64,000 nucleotides of DNA, from NCBI GenBank assembly GCA_015233675.1, contig JADFXH010000002.1:14794-78793 (forward strand), written 5' to 3'. Source of the DNA: Candidatus Omnitrophota bacterium (GTDB taxonomy: Bacteria; Omnitrophota; Gorgyraeia; Zapsychrales; Fredricksoniimonadaceae). The translations under genes were made by a program, and so were the position numbers. How positions within the stretch are numbered: position 1 is the stretch's first letter; each line of letters opens with the position of its first letter. Of the stretch, positions 27,903 through 35,899 are shown one piece after another. A model generated the notes under the pieces. The model saw only the letters and a program-made list of their open reading frames with translations. It searched no databases and was not told where the DNA came from.

Positions 27903-28523
27903 ATGCCGCAATGTGAGAAATTAAAACTGCTCCTTGTAGAAGATGAGCCTGATACCTGTGAGACTTTTCAGTCTTATTTTGAAAAGAGAGGCTTTGTTGT
28001 TTTGACTACAGACAGCGGGCGAGAAGCCCTTTGTGTCATCAAATCATCCAAGCCGGACGTTGTCATGCTGGATATTACCTTGAGAGACGAAAATGGCGTC
28101 GATGTTTTAAAAAAATTGCGCGGTTATGACAAAGATACCAAGGTCATCATGGTTACCGGACAACAGTATTCGGATGAGGAAATTGAAAAGATTAAAAGTA
28201 TGGGATTAAGCGGCTATTATGAAAAGCCGGTCCTGCTTGGGGATGTTGCAAAAAGGATTTTTGAGGTTACCGGTTTAGAAGAACCACAGCCCTTGTTGTT
28301 TGAGAAAAAGGCAAAACGTAGAACATATTCATTTGAGGATGATTGCACCCATGATTTAAAAAATTTAGTGGGGATTATCAGTCAGAAATGTGAAAATTTT
28401 ACTTTGGGGATCAAAGATGGTATATACAAATCCCCAAAAGAGAGGGCGCAAAGATTTGCCGTGCTTATGGACGATATCCAGGAAACAGTCAAAAGAGGCA
28501 AGAAGTTTCTAAAGGAGATATGA
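27903..28523 (+). CDS. Response-regulator receiver fused to a DHp/H-box-like C-terminal segment (no ATPase domain)
   Basis: REC module (LLLVEDEPD...MLDITL...KP). C-terminal CTHDLKNLVGII resembles a HisKA H-box. Confidence 0.7.
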   Translation: MPQCEKLKLLLVEDEPDTCETFQSYFEKRGFVVLTTDSGREALCVIKSSKPDVVMLDITLRDENGVDVLKKLRGYDKDTKVIMVTGQQYSDEEIEKIKSMGLSGYYEKPVLLGDVAKRIFEVTGLEEPQPLLFEKKAKRRTYSFEDDCTHDLKNLVGIISQKCENFTLGIKDGIYKSPKERAQRFAVLMDDIQETVKRGKKFLKEI

Positions 28524-28553
28524 ATCCCCAAAACTTTTTTTCTACAAGTTAAA

Positions 28554-28580
28554 CAGGTTCTAACATCCTCTCGCCAGTGA
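28554..28580 (+). repeat. 27-nt direct repeat, left copy (partner at 35900-35926)
   Basis: CAGGTTCTAACATCCTCTCGCCAGTGA versus CAGATTCTAATATCCTCCCGCCAGTGG, 23/27 identical. Confidence 0.7.
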
Positions 28581-28589
28581 CACATAACA

Positions 28590-28801
28590 CTTGACATCCA
28601 CCTCCTTCATTTTATAATTAGATGCTTTATAAGGCGTTGTATATGAGCATAATACTTTGTAACTTTTAACAACGACGAGAAGAGCCTATTTTTAACAATG
28701 GCATGGCCAATCTTTTTGATTCGTCGTCTGGTGCCCCAAGGCCATGTTGCTGATGGTAAACTTAAGTGTTAGATCTCCTGTGGAAAAAATGTCTAAAGTG
28801 G
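28590..28801 (+). promoter_or_regulatory. Promoter-bearing conserved leader element, copy 1 (partner at 32099-32310)
   Basis: TTGACA(28591)-N16-TATAAT(28613), followed by about 185 nt that are highly similar to 32128-32310. The similarity ends in ATGTCTAAAGTGGC. Confidence 0.65.
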
Positions 28802-28865
28802 CTGGCGTGTTATCCACTATGAGATCGGTGACCCTATTTCGCTTCGCCCTCGGTGGCCAAGCAGG

Positions 28866-29331
28866 CAGGCTGTGATGCCATCTGTATCGTCAACGCTTCG
28901 ATATTGAGTTCTTTGCGTTCAAAAACACTGGATGCTGGTGCTGGTCGCATATAATGCCGTCACCCTTGTGTCCTGTACGCATTCTCAGAGCTTCCGACGT
29001 AATATTGATTACTTCCGTCGCAAGGTGCCATTAAAAAATTTACAGTTGCTGACTCGGGTTAGCGTTTAATTTTGCCAAACTCAAATTGGTTATTTAGAGC
29101 AACATGATATTCAGACGCGCAATCTTTTTGCCGGTAATCTATTGCGGCAGCCTTGCTTTGATGGCATGAAAGACGGTATTGATTATCGTGTTATAGGAAA
29201 CCTGAAGAATACGGAAAATATTATGCGTGATACATTCTGGATCGGGGGTTTATCCCGGCTTGTCTCAGAGAGCTTTGGAGTATATAGTTGATACTATACA
29301 TGTTTTCCTTAAAGAGGCTAACGCAAGTTAG
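28866..29331 (+). pseudogene. 5'-truncated, frameshifted remnant of an rfbH/ddhC-type 3-dehydrase
   Basis: 29083-29331 reads QIGYLEQHDIQTRNLFAGNLLRQPCFD...IMRDTFWIG(frameshift: extra G)VYPGLSQRALEYIV, paralogous to the C-terminus of the intact gene at 52573-53952. Upstream fragments (SFRRNIDYFRRKV) are interrupted by stops and deletions. Confidence 0.7.
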
Positions 29332-29345
29332 CAGGGGCGTCTGAA

Positions 29346-30227
29346 ATGAAAAAAGTAAAAGTTGGCATTATTGGAACAGGGAATATTGGCACGGATCTGT
29401 TGATCAAGGTGCAAAGGTCGGAGATCTTAGAATGCGGTCTTTTTGCCGGTAAGAATCCTGATTCAGTTGGGATCAGAAGAGCGGAGAAAATGGGCGTCCG
29501 CACTTCTTTTAATTCAATTAAGGAAATCCAGGATGACCCGGATTGCTGCGCGATCGTGTTTGACGCCACTTCCGCTCAAGTACATTCTTTTAATGCCCCT
29601 ATTCTGACAAAGCTGGGCAAATTTGTGGTTGATCTTACACCATCTTCCATTGGAAAAATGTGCGTTCCGGTCGTTAACCTTAAGGAATGTCTAAATTCCG
29701 TTAATGTTAATCTTATTACCTGCGGCGGGCAAGCCACAATTCCTATAGCCTATGCCTTGATAAAAGCGCATCCTGAAATTGGATATATAGAAGTTGTAGC
29801 CAGTATCGCTTCAAAATCAGCTGGTTCCGGGACCAGGGCGAACATTGATGAATATGTTCTGGCGACCAAGGAGGCTGTCAGGATTTTTACCGGAGTGGAT
29901 CAAGCCAAAGCAATTATTATATTAAATTCCGCGGAGCCACCTGTTTTTATGCGCAATACGGTTTACGCGAAGATCGAAAAGCCAAATCTGGAAAAAATTA
30001 CCGAACAAGTCTTGATCATGGCGCAAAAGATACAAAAATATGTTCCAGGGTACAAGATTGTTCTCGGGCCTGTTGTGGAAAATAACCGCGTTACGACCAT
30101 GGTTGAGGTGGCGGGGAGGGGGGATTTTCTTCCAAAATACTCCGGCAATCTGGACATTATTACCTGCGCGGCAGTAAATGTTGCCGAAGAGTTTGCCAAG
30201 AAGAAAATTCTTAGACTAAAGGATTAA
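29346..30227 (+). CDS. Acetaldehyde dehydrogenase (acetylating), DmpF/MhpF family
   Basis: GIIGTGNIGTDL Rossmann motif. Catalytic-Cys context ITCGGQATIP. About 290 aa. Confidence 0.85.
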   Translation: MKKVKVGIIGTGNIGTDLLIKVQRSEILECGLFAGKNPDSVGIRRAEKMGVRTSFNSIKEIQDDPDCCAIVFDATSAQVHSFNAPILTKLGKFVVDLTPSSIGKMCVPVVNLKECLNSVNVNLITCGGQATIPIAYALIKAHPEIGYIEVVASIASKSAGSGTRANIDEYVLATKEAVRIFTGVDQAKAIIILNSAEPPVFMRNTVYAKIEKPNLEKITEQVLIMAQKIQKYVPGYKIVLGPVVENNRVTTMVEVAGRGDFLPKYSGNLDIITCAAVNVAEEFAKKKILRLKD

Positions 30228-30232
30228 AATTT

Positions 30233-31264
30233 ATGACTAAAGATATCATTTTTTTTGATTCCACCTTACGGGACGGGTCTCACGCCATCGGCCATAAATT
30301 GACGGTGGACAATATCAGGAACTATTGCACAGGGATCGATGGTTCCGGATTGCACGTGGTCATAGTAGGACATGGCAATGGTTTGGGAGCATCTTCTTTG
30401 CAGATCGGGCTGTCAGCTTTACCAGATCAGGAGATGCTAACAACTGCCAGAAAAGCATTAAAGAAAACAAAGCTGGGCGCATTTTTGATCCCGGGTCTGG
30501 GAACCATAAAAGACAATCTTGCCCCAGCTATCGACCTGGGGGTCGATCTTGTGTGCGTGGCTTGCCACTGTACGGAGGCAGATGTTACCGGTCAGCATAT
30601 TGACTATGTTAGGAAAAGAGGGAAAGATGTTTATGGCGTATTAATGATGTGCCACATGGCAGCGAAAGAGAAATTATTAATGGAAGCCAAGAAAATGCAA
30701 AGCTATGGCGCGTTAGGGGTGATTTTGATGGATTCCGCAGGGGCTTTTGATCCGAACATGCTGGAAGAGACTGTAAGTTTTTTATCCAAAAAGCTGGATA
30801 TCCCGGTGGGATTTCACGGGCATAACAATTTGGGGTTAGCCGTTAGTAATTCCTTAACTGCCATAAGGTCTGGAGCCAAAATTATTGATGGAACGATCCG
30901 GGGCTTTGGGGCTGGGGCCGGCAATTGCCAACTCGAGGTCTTTATCGGGTTATTATCAAGAATGAAGATAGAAACAGGCGTTGATCTTTATAAGCTGATG
31001 GATGTAAGTGATGGGGTCGTGGCTAAAATTATGCACAAGGCCCAGGAAATAGATTCAGTATCTTTGACCAGCGGGATGGCAGGGGTTTTTTCCGGCTTTG
31101 CTCCCTATGTAAAAAAAGCTGCAGAACGTTTTTCTGTTGATCCGCGGGATATTTTCATTGCCTTAGGCAAAAGGAAGATAGTCGGGGGACAAGAAGATTT
31201 TATTATCGATGTGGCTTTAGAAATAGCTAATAAAAAAGCCAAAGACCAGAATTTGTCCTTTTAA
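30233..31264 (+). CDS. 4-hydroxy-2-oxovalerate aldolase, DmpG/MhpE family
   Basis: DSTLRDGSHA and FHGHNNLGLAVSN metal-binding motifs. Adjacent to its usual DmpF-type partner. Confidence 0.85.
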   Translation: MTKDIIFFDSTLRDGSHAIGHKLTVDNIRNYCTGIDGSGLHVVIVGHGNGLGASSLQIGLSALPDQEMLTTARKALKKTKLGAFLIPGLGTIKDNLAPAIDLGVDLVCVACHCTEADVTGQHIDYVRKRGKDVYGVLMMCHMAAKEKLLMEAKKMQSYGALGVILMDSAGAFDPNMLEETVSFLSKKLDIPVGFHGHNNLGLAVSNSLTAIRSGAKIIDGTIRGFGAGAGNCQLEVFIGLLSRMKIETGVDLYKLMDVSDGVVAKIMHKAQEIDSVSLTSGMAGVFSGFAPYVKKAAERFSVDPRDIFIALGKRKIVGGQEDFIIDVALEIANKKAKDQNLSF

Positions 31265-31282
31265 AATAGAGGGAGATCTTGA

Positions 31283-32035
31283 ATGTTAAAGGAATCATTA
31301 AAAAATGGGGGGGTTGCCTTAGGAACATGGTGTGATTTGCCCAGCCCCGCCGTTGTGAATGTATTGGCTAAGGCTAAACTGGATTTTGTCATTATTGATA
31401 TGGAACATGGCCCCATGGACTTCAAAATAGCCCAGGACATGCTCATGGCGGCTGAATGCGAAGGAACAGAGGCTCTGGTGCGCGTACCACGCTTGGATGA
31501 ATCAGATATATTGCGGTCTTTGGACCTGGGGGCGGCAGGCATCATTGTGCCACATATTGAAAGCGTAGAGGATAGAAAGAAGGTGGTCGCTTACAGTAAA
31601 TTCCCTCCGGTTGGCCAAAGAGGGTTTAATCCTTATGTGCGTGGCGGTGGATATCGCAAAGCAGACCGGGAATATTGTGTCATTCAGAATGAAAGAATAA
31701 TTGTAGGGTTGATCATAGAAGGAGTAGATGCTTTAGCCAATTTAGAACGTATCATTGATGATCCCAACGTTGATCTAATTTATATTGGAACGTATGATCT
31801 GTCATTAGCCTTAGGGATGCCTGGGGATGTAGGCCATCCTAAGGTCTTAAAAGCACTGGAAAAAGCGGCGGCTAATGTGATCAAAGCTAAAAAAAGTGTC
31901 GGCTGCATGATCCATCAAGCTTCGGATCTGGCAAGGTTCAAAGAGTTGGGTATTCAGTTCATAACGTATAAGATAGATAGCGCGATTATCTATGACTCGG
32001 TGGCAAGCATTAAAAGGGAGTTTGATCGGCTATGA
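31283..32035 (+). CDS. HpcH/HpaI-family class II (pyruvate-dependent) aldolase
   Basis: The 250-aa TIM-barrel pattern LDFVIIDMEHGP...VRVP...IIVPHIES...IGTYDLS is typical of HpaI/YfaU aldolases. Confidence 0.8.
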   Translation: MLKESLKNGGVALGTWCDLPSPAVVNVLAKAKLDFVIIDMEHGPMDFKIAQDMLMAAECEGTEALVRVPRLDESDILRSLDLGAAGIIVPHIESVEDRKKVVAYSKFPPVGQRGFNPYVRGGGYRKADREYCVIQNERIIVGLIIEGVDALANLERIIDDPNVDLIYIGTYDLSLALGMPGDVGHPKVLKALEKAAANVIKAKKSVGCMIHQASDLARFKELGIQFITYKIDSAIIYDSVASIKREFDRL

Positions 32036-32103
32036 AACTGTCCGATTACATGGTTAAATTCTTAGAGGACAGGGGCGTTAAAGATGTTTTTATGCTTTCT
32101 TGA
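32032..32103 (+). pseudogene. 23-codon stub of a ThDP-enzyme N-terminus (recombination scar)
   Basis: MKLSDYMVKFLEDRGVKDVFMLS-stop parallels MRLCDYIAQFLVKQGVKDIFMLTGYG of the intact gene at 32379. Its ATG overlaps the aldolase stop (ATGA). The stub is cut off exactly where leader copy 2 begins. Confidence 0.7.
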
Positions 32104-32310
32104 CATCTACCGCGTTTATTTTATAATCAAATGCATAATAAATTTTTGCATATAAATGTAATACTTTATAAATTTTAACAATGACGAGAAGCGTCTATTT
32201 TTAAGCATGGCATGACTAATCTTTTTGATTCGTCGTCTGGTGACCAAAGGCCTGTTGCCGATGGTAAACTTCAGTGGTAGATCTCCTGTGAAAAGAATGT
32301 CTAAAATGGC
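32099..32310 (+). promoter_or_regulatory. Promoter-bearing conserved leader element, copy 2
   Basis: TTGACA(32100)-N16-TATAAT(32122), followed by the conserved core ...TTTTAACAATGACGAGAAG...AATCTTTTTGATTCGTCGTCTGGTG...GATGGTAAACTT...TAGATCTCCTGTG...ATGTCTAAAATGGC. Confidence 0.65.
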
Positions 32311-32392
32311 CCAACATTTGTTGGGCCAGCTCATGTTTAAGCTCCTGGTGCATGCCCGTCATATAGAAAGAGGGGCGGATGAGACTGTGTGA
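32297..32392 (+). CDS. Candidate 31-codon upstream ORF overlapping the ThDP-enzyme start
   Basis: MSKMAQHLLGQLMFKLLVHARHIERGADETV. Its first codons are conserved in copy 1 (28788). Its stop (32390-32392) lies 11 nt inside the downstream gene. A GGCCCAAC/GTTGGGCC hairpin at 32308-32327 lies within it. Confidence 0.25.
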   Translation: MSKMAQHLLGQLMFKLLVHARHIERGADETV

Positions 32393-34070
32393 TTACATTG
32401 CTCAATTTTTGGTCAAGCAAGGTGTAAAAGACATTTTTATGCTTACTGGCTACGGCGCTATGTATATGAACGATGCCATCCAGCAGTCAGGTATTAAGTA
32501 TTATGCCACTCGTAATGAAGCAACTGCGCCGATGATGGCCGAAGCCTATGCCCGCGTGCGCCAGTCCTTAGGTGCTGTGTGTGTTACTGCTGGACCGGGC
32601 GCAACCAATGCCATACCAGGGTTAGCGGAAGCTTTCGTAGACTCTGCCCCCATTTTAGTGCTCTCTGGTCAAGTTGAATCCAGGTATACCACTCACAAAA
32701 TAGGAATCCCTGGCTTGAGAACCTTTGGTTCCCCGGAAATCAATATTGTCCCTATTGTACAAAGCCTAACTAAATTTGCTGCAGTGGTTGAAGAGCCTTC
32801 GCAGATCCGTTATTTGTTGGAAAAGGCCGTCTATTATGCACTTTCCGGCCGTCCAGGGCCGGTGTGGCTGGATGTGCCTTTAGACATGCAACAGATGGAA
32901 ATTGATCCTTCCAGCCTTAAAGGATTTGTTCCGACCGCTGAATCCAATATTGGGGACATAGATAAATCTGTTAAGCAAGCATTTGAAATGCTATCCAGTG
33001 CAAAAAAGCCGTTGATCATCGCTGGTCATGGCATTCGGCAAGCCTGTTTGGCCAGCCAACTGCGTAGTTTGGTAGAGACCTTGAAGGTTCCGGTTATTTT
33101 TTCGCGGTTTGGTCAGGACCTGATGCCGCATTCGCACCCCTTTGTATTTGGACACGGAGGGGGCAAAGGTTCGCGTTACTGCAAAGCTATCATGAACCAG
33201 GCTGATGTAGTAGTATCTTTAGGTTGCCGGCTCGCCCCGCAATTTACTGGCCATGATTTTGAGGCCTTTGCCAAGGATGTCAAGATCATCATGGTCGATA
33301 TTGATCCAGCGGAACTGGAGAAACCGGGGATTCCACTGGCCCTAAAAATCCGCGCGCACCTGCGTCCATTCATGGATGCTTTGTTGAACGAGGTAAAATT
33401 ACAGCCTTCCGGAAATTGGGAAAGCTGGGTCAATACTTGCAGGGAATTTAAACAAAAAAATCCAATGGTCACGGTGGCATCTAAGCGTAATCCTATTGAC
33501 CTGTATTACTTCATGTACCGGTTAGGAGAACTTTCCGGGAAAAACCATGTCCTTGTTACAGATGCAGGTTCTAATTATTATGTTGGCGGACAGGTATGGA
33601 ATTTCGAAAGCGGCCAGCGCGAGATCATGTCAGGGACCAATGCAGCCATGGGGACTTCAATTCCTTTGGCCATTGGGGCGGCTGTGGCTGCGCCGGATTC
33701 CCAAATACTGGCTGTCACCGGGGATGGCTCCCTAGAACTTAACATCCAGGAACTTAAGACCATATCGCATTATAAATTAAATTTGAAGCTTTTCGTCATC
33801 AATAACGGCGGCTATGCGTCCATGCGTAAATGGCAGGACACTTATTTTGACGGACGGCGTATTGATACTGAGGAATCAACTGGTGCGGGGACGCTCAATC
33901 TCAAGCAGGTGGCCAAAGCATTTGATCTAGAGCATGTTTGCATTGAGCGCTATGAAGACATTGATGTCCAACTAAAAAAGATCATGTCGGATGATCGTCC
34001 ACTGTTCGTGGAAGTCATGACTGACAATAACCAAAAAATATTTGAAGCCTTTAAGGACAAAGATGGTTAA
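32379..34070 (+). CDS. Thiamine-diphosphate enzyme of the acetolactate synthase / YerE-like family
   Basis: Three-domain ALS-type layout. ThDP motif VTGDGSLELNIQEL...FVINNGGYASM. Confidence 0.85.
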   Translation: MRLCDYIAQFLVKQGVKDIFMLTGYGAMYMNDAIQQSGIKYYATRNEATAPMMAEAYARVRQSLGAVCVTAGPGATNAIPGLAEAFVDSAPILVLSGQVESRYTTHKIGIPGLRTFGSPEINIVPIVQSLTKFAAVVEEPSQIRYLLEKAVYYALSGRPGPVWLDVPLDMQQMEIDPSSLKGFVPTAESNIGDIDKSVKQAFEMLSSAKKPLIIAGHGIRQACLASQLRSLVETLKVPVIFSRFGQDLMPHSHPFVFGHGGGKGSRYCKAIMNQADVVVSLGCRLAPQFTGHDFEAFAKDVKIIMVDIDPAELEKPGIPLALKIRAHLRPFMDALLNEVKLQPSGNWESWVNTCREFKQKNPMVTVASKRNPIDLYYFMYRLGELSGKNHVLVTDAGSNYYVGGQVWNFESGQREIMSGTNAAMGTSIPLAIGAAVAAPDSQILAVTGDGSLELNIQELKTISHYKLNLKLFVINNGGYASMRKWQDTYFDGRRIDTEESTGAGTLNLKQVAKAFDLEHVCIERYEDIDVQLKKIMSDDRPLFVEVMTDNNQKIFEAFKDKDG

Positions 34071-34097
34071 ACGAGCAGGAAAGGAAATTGTTGATCA

Positions 34098-34919
34098 ATG
34101 AAGAATGAAATGATTATGGATGAGAGATCACGTTATCTTCGCAAACTTATTTTACAGGGATGGGAAGGGGCAAGGAAAGGACATATTGGCTCGGTGTTGT
34201 CCCTGGTAGAGATTCTTAGGGTCCTTTATGACGATATTATGAATTATCGCCCTCAAGAACCCTTATGGCCGGATAGGGATAGGTTTATTCTAAGCAAAGC
34301 CCACGGCTGCTTGGCATTATATGCTATCTTGGCGGACAAGGGTTTTATTGGAATAGATGAATTGAAAACATATTCTTTGGATGGCTCAAGATTGGTAGCA
34401 GCTTGTGAGTATAATACCGTGCCTGGCGTAGAGGTAACAACAGGCGCATTAGGGCATGGGCTTCCTATAGGGGTAGGGATGGCGCTTGCCGCCCGCATAC
34501 AAAAAAGGCCAAGCCGCGTTTATGTAGTAATGGGCGATGGGGAATTAAATGAAGGGTCGGTATGGGAAGCGGCATTGTATTCAGCACACCATAAATTATC
34601 GAATCTTACAGCCATCATTGATTATAATAAATTGCAGATTGCCGGGCCCAATGAAGAAATTATAGGCCTTGAACCATTAAAAGAAAAATGGGCCAGTTTC
34701 GGTTTTGCTGTTGAGGAAATCGACGGCCATGACGTTGATACCTTAAAGAAAACTTTAAAAAGATTGCCATTCTCCAAAGGGAAACCGTCGGTTGTTATAT
34801 GTCATACCATCAAAGGAAAAGGGATTGACTTTGTAGAAAATGATTATAAATGGCATTGGAAAAATAGTTTAGACGACGAAACGGTTTCAAGAATGAAGTC
34901 TTTATTGGAGGAAGAATAA
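34098..34919 (+). CDS. Transketolase, N-terminal (ThDP-binding) subunit
   Basis: GHIGSVLSLVEIL, DRFILSKAHG, and GDGELNEGSVWEA...IIDYN motif. Confidence 0.85.
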   Translation: MKNEMIMDERSRYLRKLILQGWEGARKGHIGSVLSLVEILRVLYDDIMNYRPQEPLWPDRDRFILSKAHGCLALYAILADKGFIGIDELKTYSLDGSRLVAACEYNTVPGVEVTTGALGHGLPIGVGMALAARIQKRPSRVYVVMGDGELNEGSVWEAALYSAHHKLSNLTAIIDYNKLQIAGPNEEIIGLEPLKEKWASFGFAVEEIDGHDVDTLKKTLKRLPFSKGKPSVVICHTIKGKGIDFVENDYKWHWKNSLDDETVSRMKSLLEEE

Positions 34920-35851
34920 TGCTTAACGCATTTAAAGATGCCATCTATGAAGCTGCAAAAAACGATAAGCGGATCATCCTCATGGTTACTGATAACGATA
35001 TCGGATTAAGCCATATGCAAGCTGAGATGCCCGATCAATATTTTGTCGAAGGTATTTCAGAGGCAAACACTATGGGGGTCGCCTCAGGCCTCGCTGCCGA
35101 TGGATTCATGCCTTTTATTATCAATATCGCCAGCTTTTTGGTCAGACGGAGCTATGAACAAATAGTCCTGGATGTTTGTTTGCAAAACAGGCCTGTAAGA
35201 TTGATAGGTATAGGGGGAGGATTCTCAATGGCACATTTGGGGACTACACATACCACCATTGAAGATATTGCTATCATGCGGGCTGTTCCTGAAATGACCG
35301 TTATTGCCCCCTGTGATGCCCTCGAAATGAAGAAACTAGTGCCTTCCATATTAAAATGGCCGAAACCTATTTATATAAGGCTTGCCAGGTACGGTAAACC
35401 CGTCGTCACTAAGGAAGAAAGCGATATTGATATTGGCAAAGCAGTAGTGCTCCGTCAGGCCTCTGCAGGCCATAAAAGCGTGCTTTTGATTTCCACAGGT
35501 GCCATGACTTCCCGTACAATTAAGACAGCTGAGGAGCTTCAAAATCTTGGAATTGAATCAACGGTCCTGCATCTTCATACGATAAAACCTTTGGATGAAA
35601 AGGCCATTATTGAACAGGCACGCCGAGTTCCCCTAGTCGTTACCATAGAGGATCATTCGATTATAGGCGGGTTAGGCAGCGCCTGTATGGGAGTCCTTAT
35701 GAATAATATGCATCCGGATCTTCCCCGGCTGCATTGCATAGGAGTGCCGGATAAATTTATTCATGTATATGGGACCCAAGAGTCTTTATTAAAAAGCGTA
35801 GGACTTGAGCCGTCACAAATGGCAAAGACAATCTACCAGCTCACTAAGTAA
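34919..35851 (+). CDS. Transketolase, C-terminal (pyrimidine-binding) subunit
   Basis: FVEGISEANTMGVASGLA and HTIKPLDEKAI motifs. Its start overlaps the N-subunit stop (TAATG). Confidence 0.85.
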   Translation: MLNAFKDAIYEAAKNDKRIILMVTDNDIGLSHMQAEMPDQYFVEGISEANTMGVASGLAADGFMPFIINIASFLVRRSYEQIVLDVCLQNRPVRLIGIGGGFSMAHLGTTHTTIEDIAIMRAVPEMTVIAPCDALEMKKLVPSILKWPKPIYIRLARYGKPVVTKEESDIDIGKAVVLRQASAGHKSVLLISTGAMTSRTIKTAEELQNLGIESTVLHLHTIKPLDEKAIIEQARRVPLVVTIEDHSIIGGLGSACMGVLMNNMHPDLPRLHCIGVPDKFIHVYGTQESLLKSVGLEPSQMAKTIYQLTK

Positions 35852-35899
35852 CTTCATGCCATTAATAAGAAGAATTTGAAAATTAATATTTCTTTTAGG

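Noticed and set aside
28590-28801. Possibility that the duplicated leader is a TPP, cobalamin, SAM, FMN, glycine, c-di-GMP, ZTP, THF or T-box element
   Set aside because: I could not find the diagnostic conserved cores of these classes (for example CTGAGA...ACCTGATCTGGATAATGCCAGCG for TPP, or the B12 box). This is a by-eye check only and needs cmscan.
29318-29569. 83-aa minus-strand ORF at the start of the aldehyde dehydrogenase gene
   Set aside because: It is antisense to the conserved DmpF-type N-terminus and has no independent support.
32116-32334. 72-aa minus-strand ORF covering leader copy 2
   Set aside because: The homologous copy 1 (28590-28801) does not maintain this frame. The conservation pattern is therefore not protein-like, and the ORF would run antisense into a consensus promoter.
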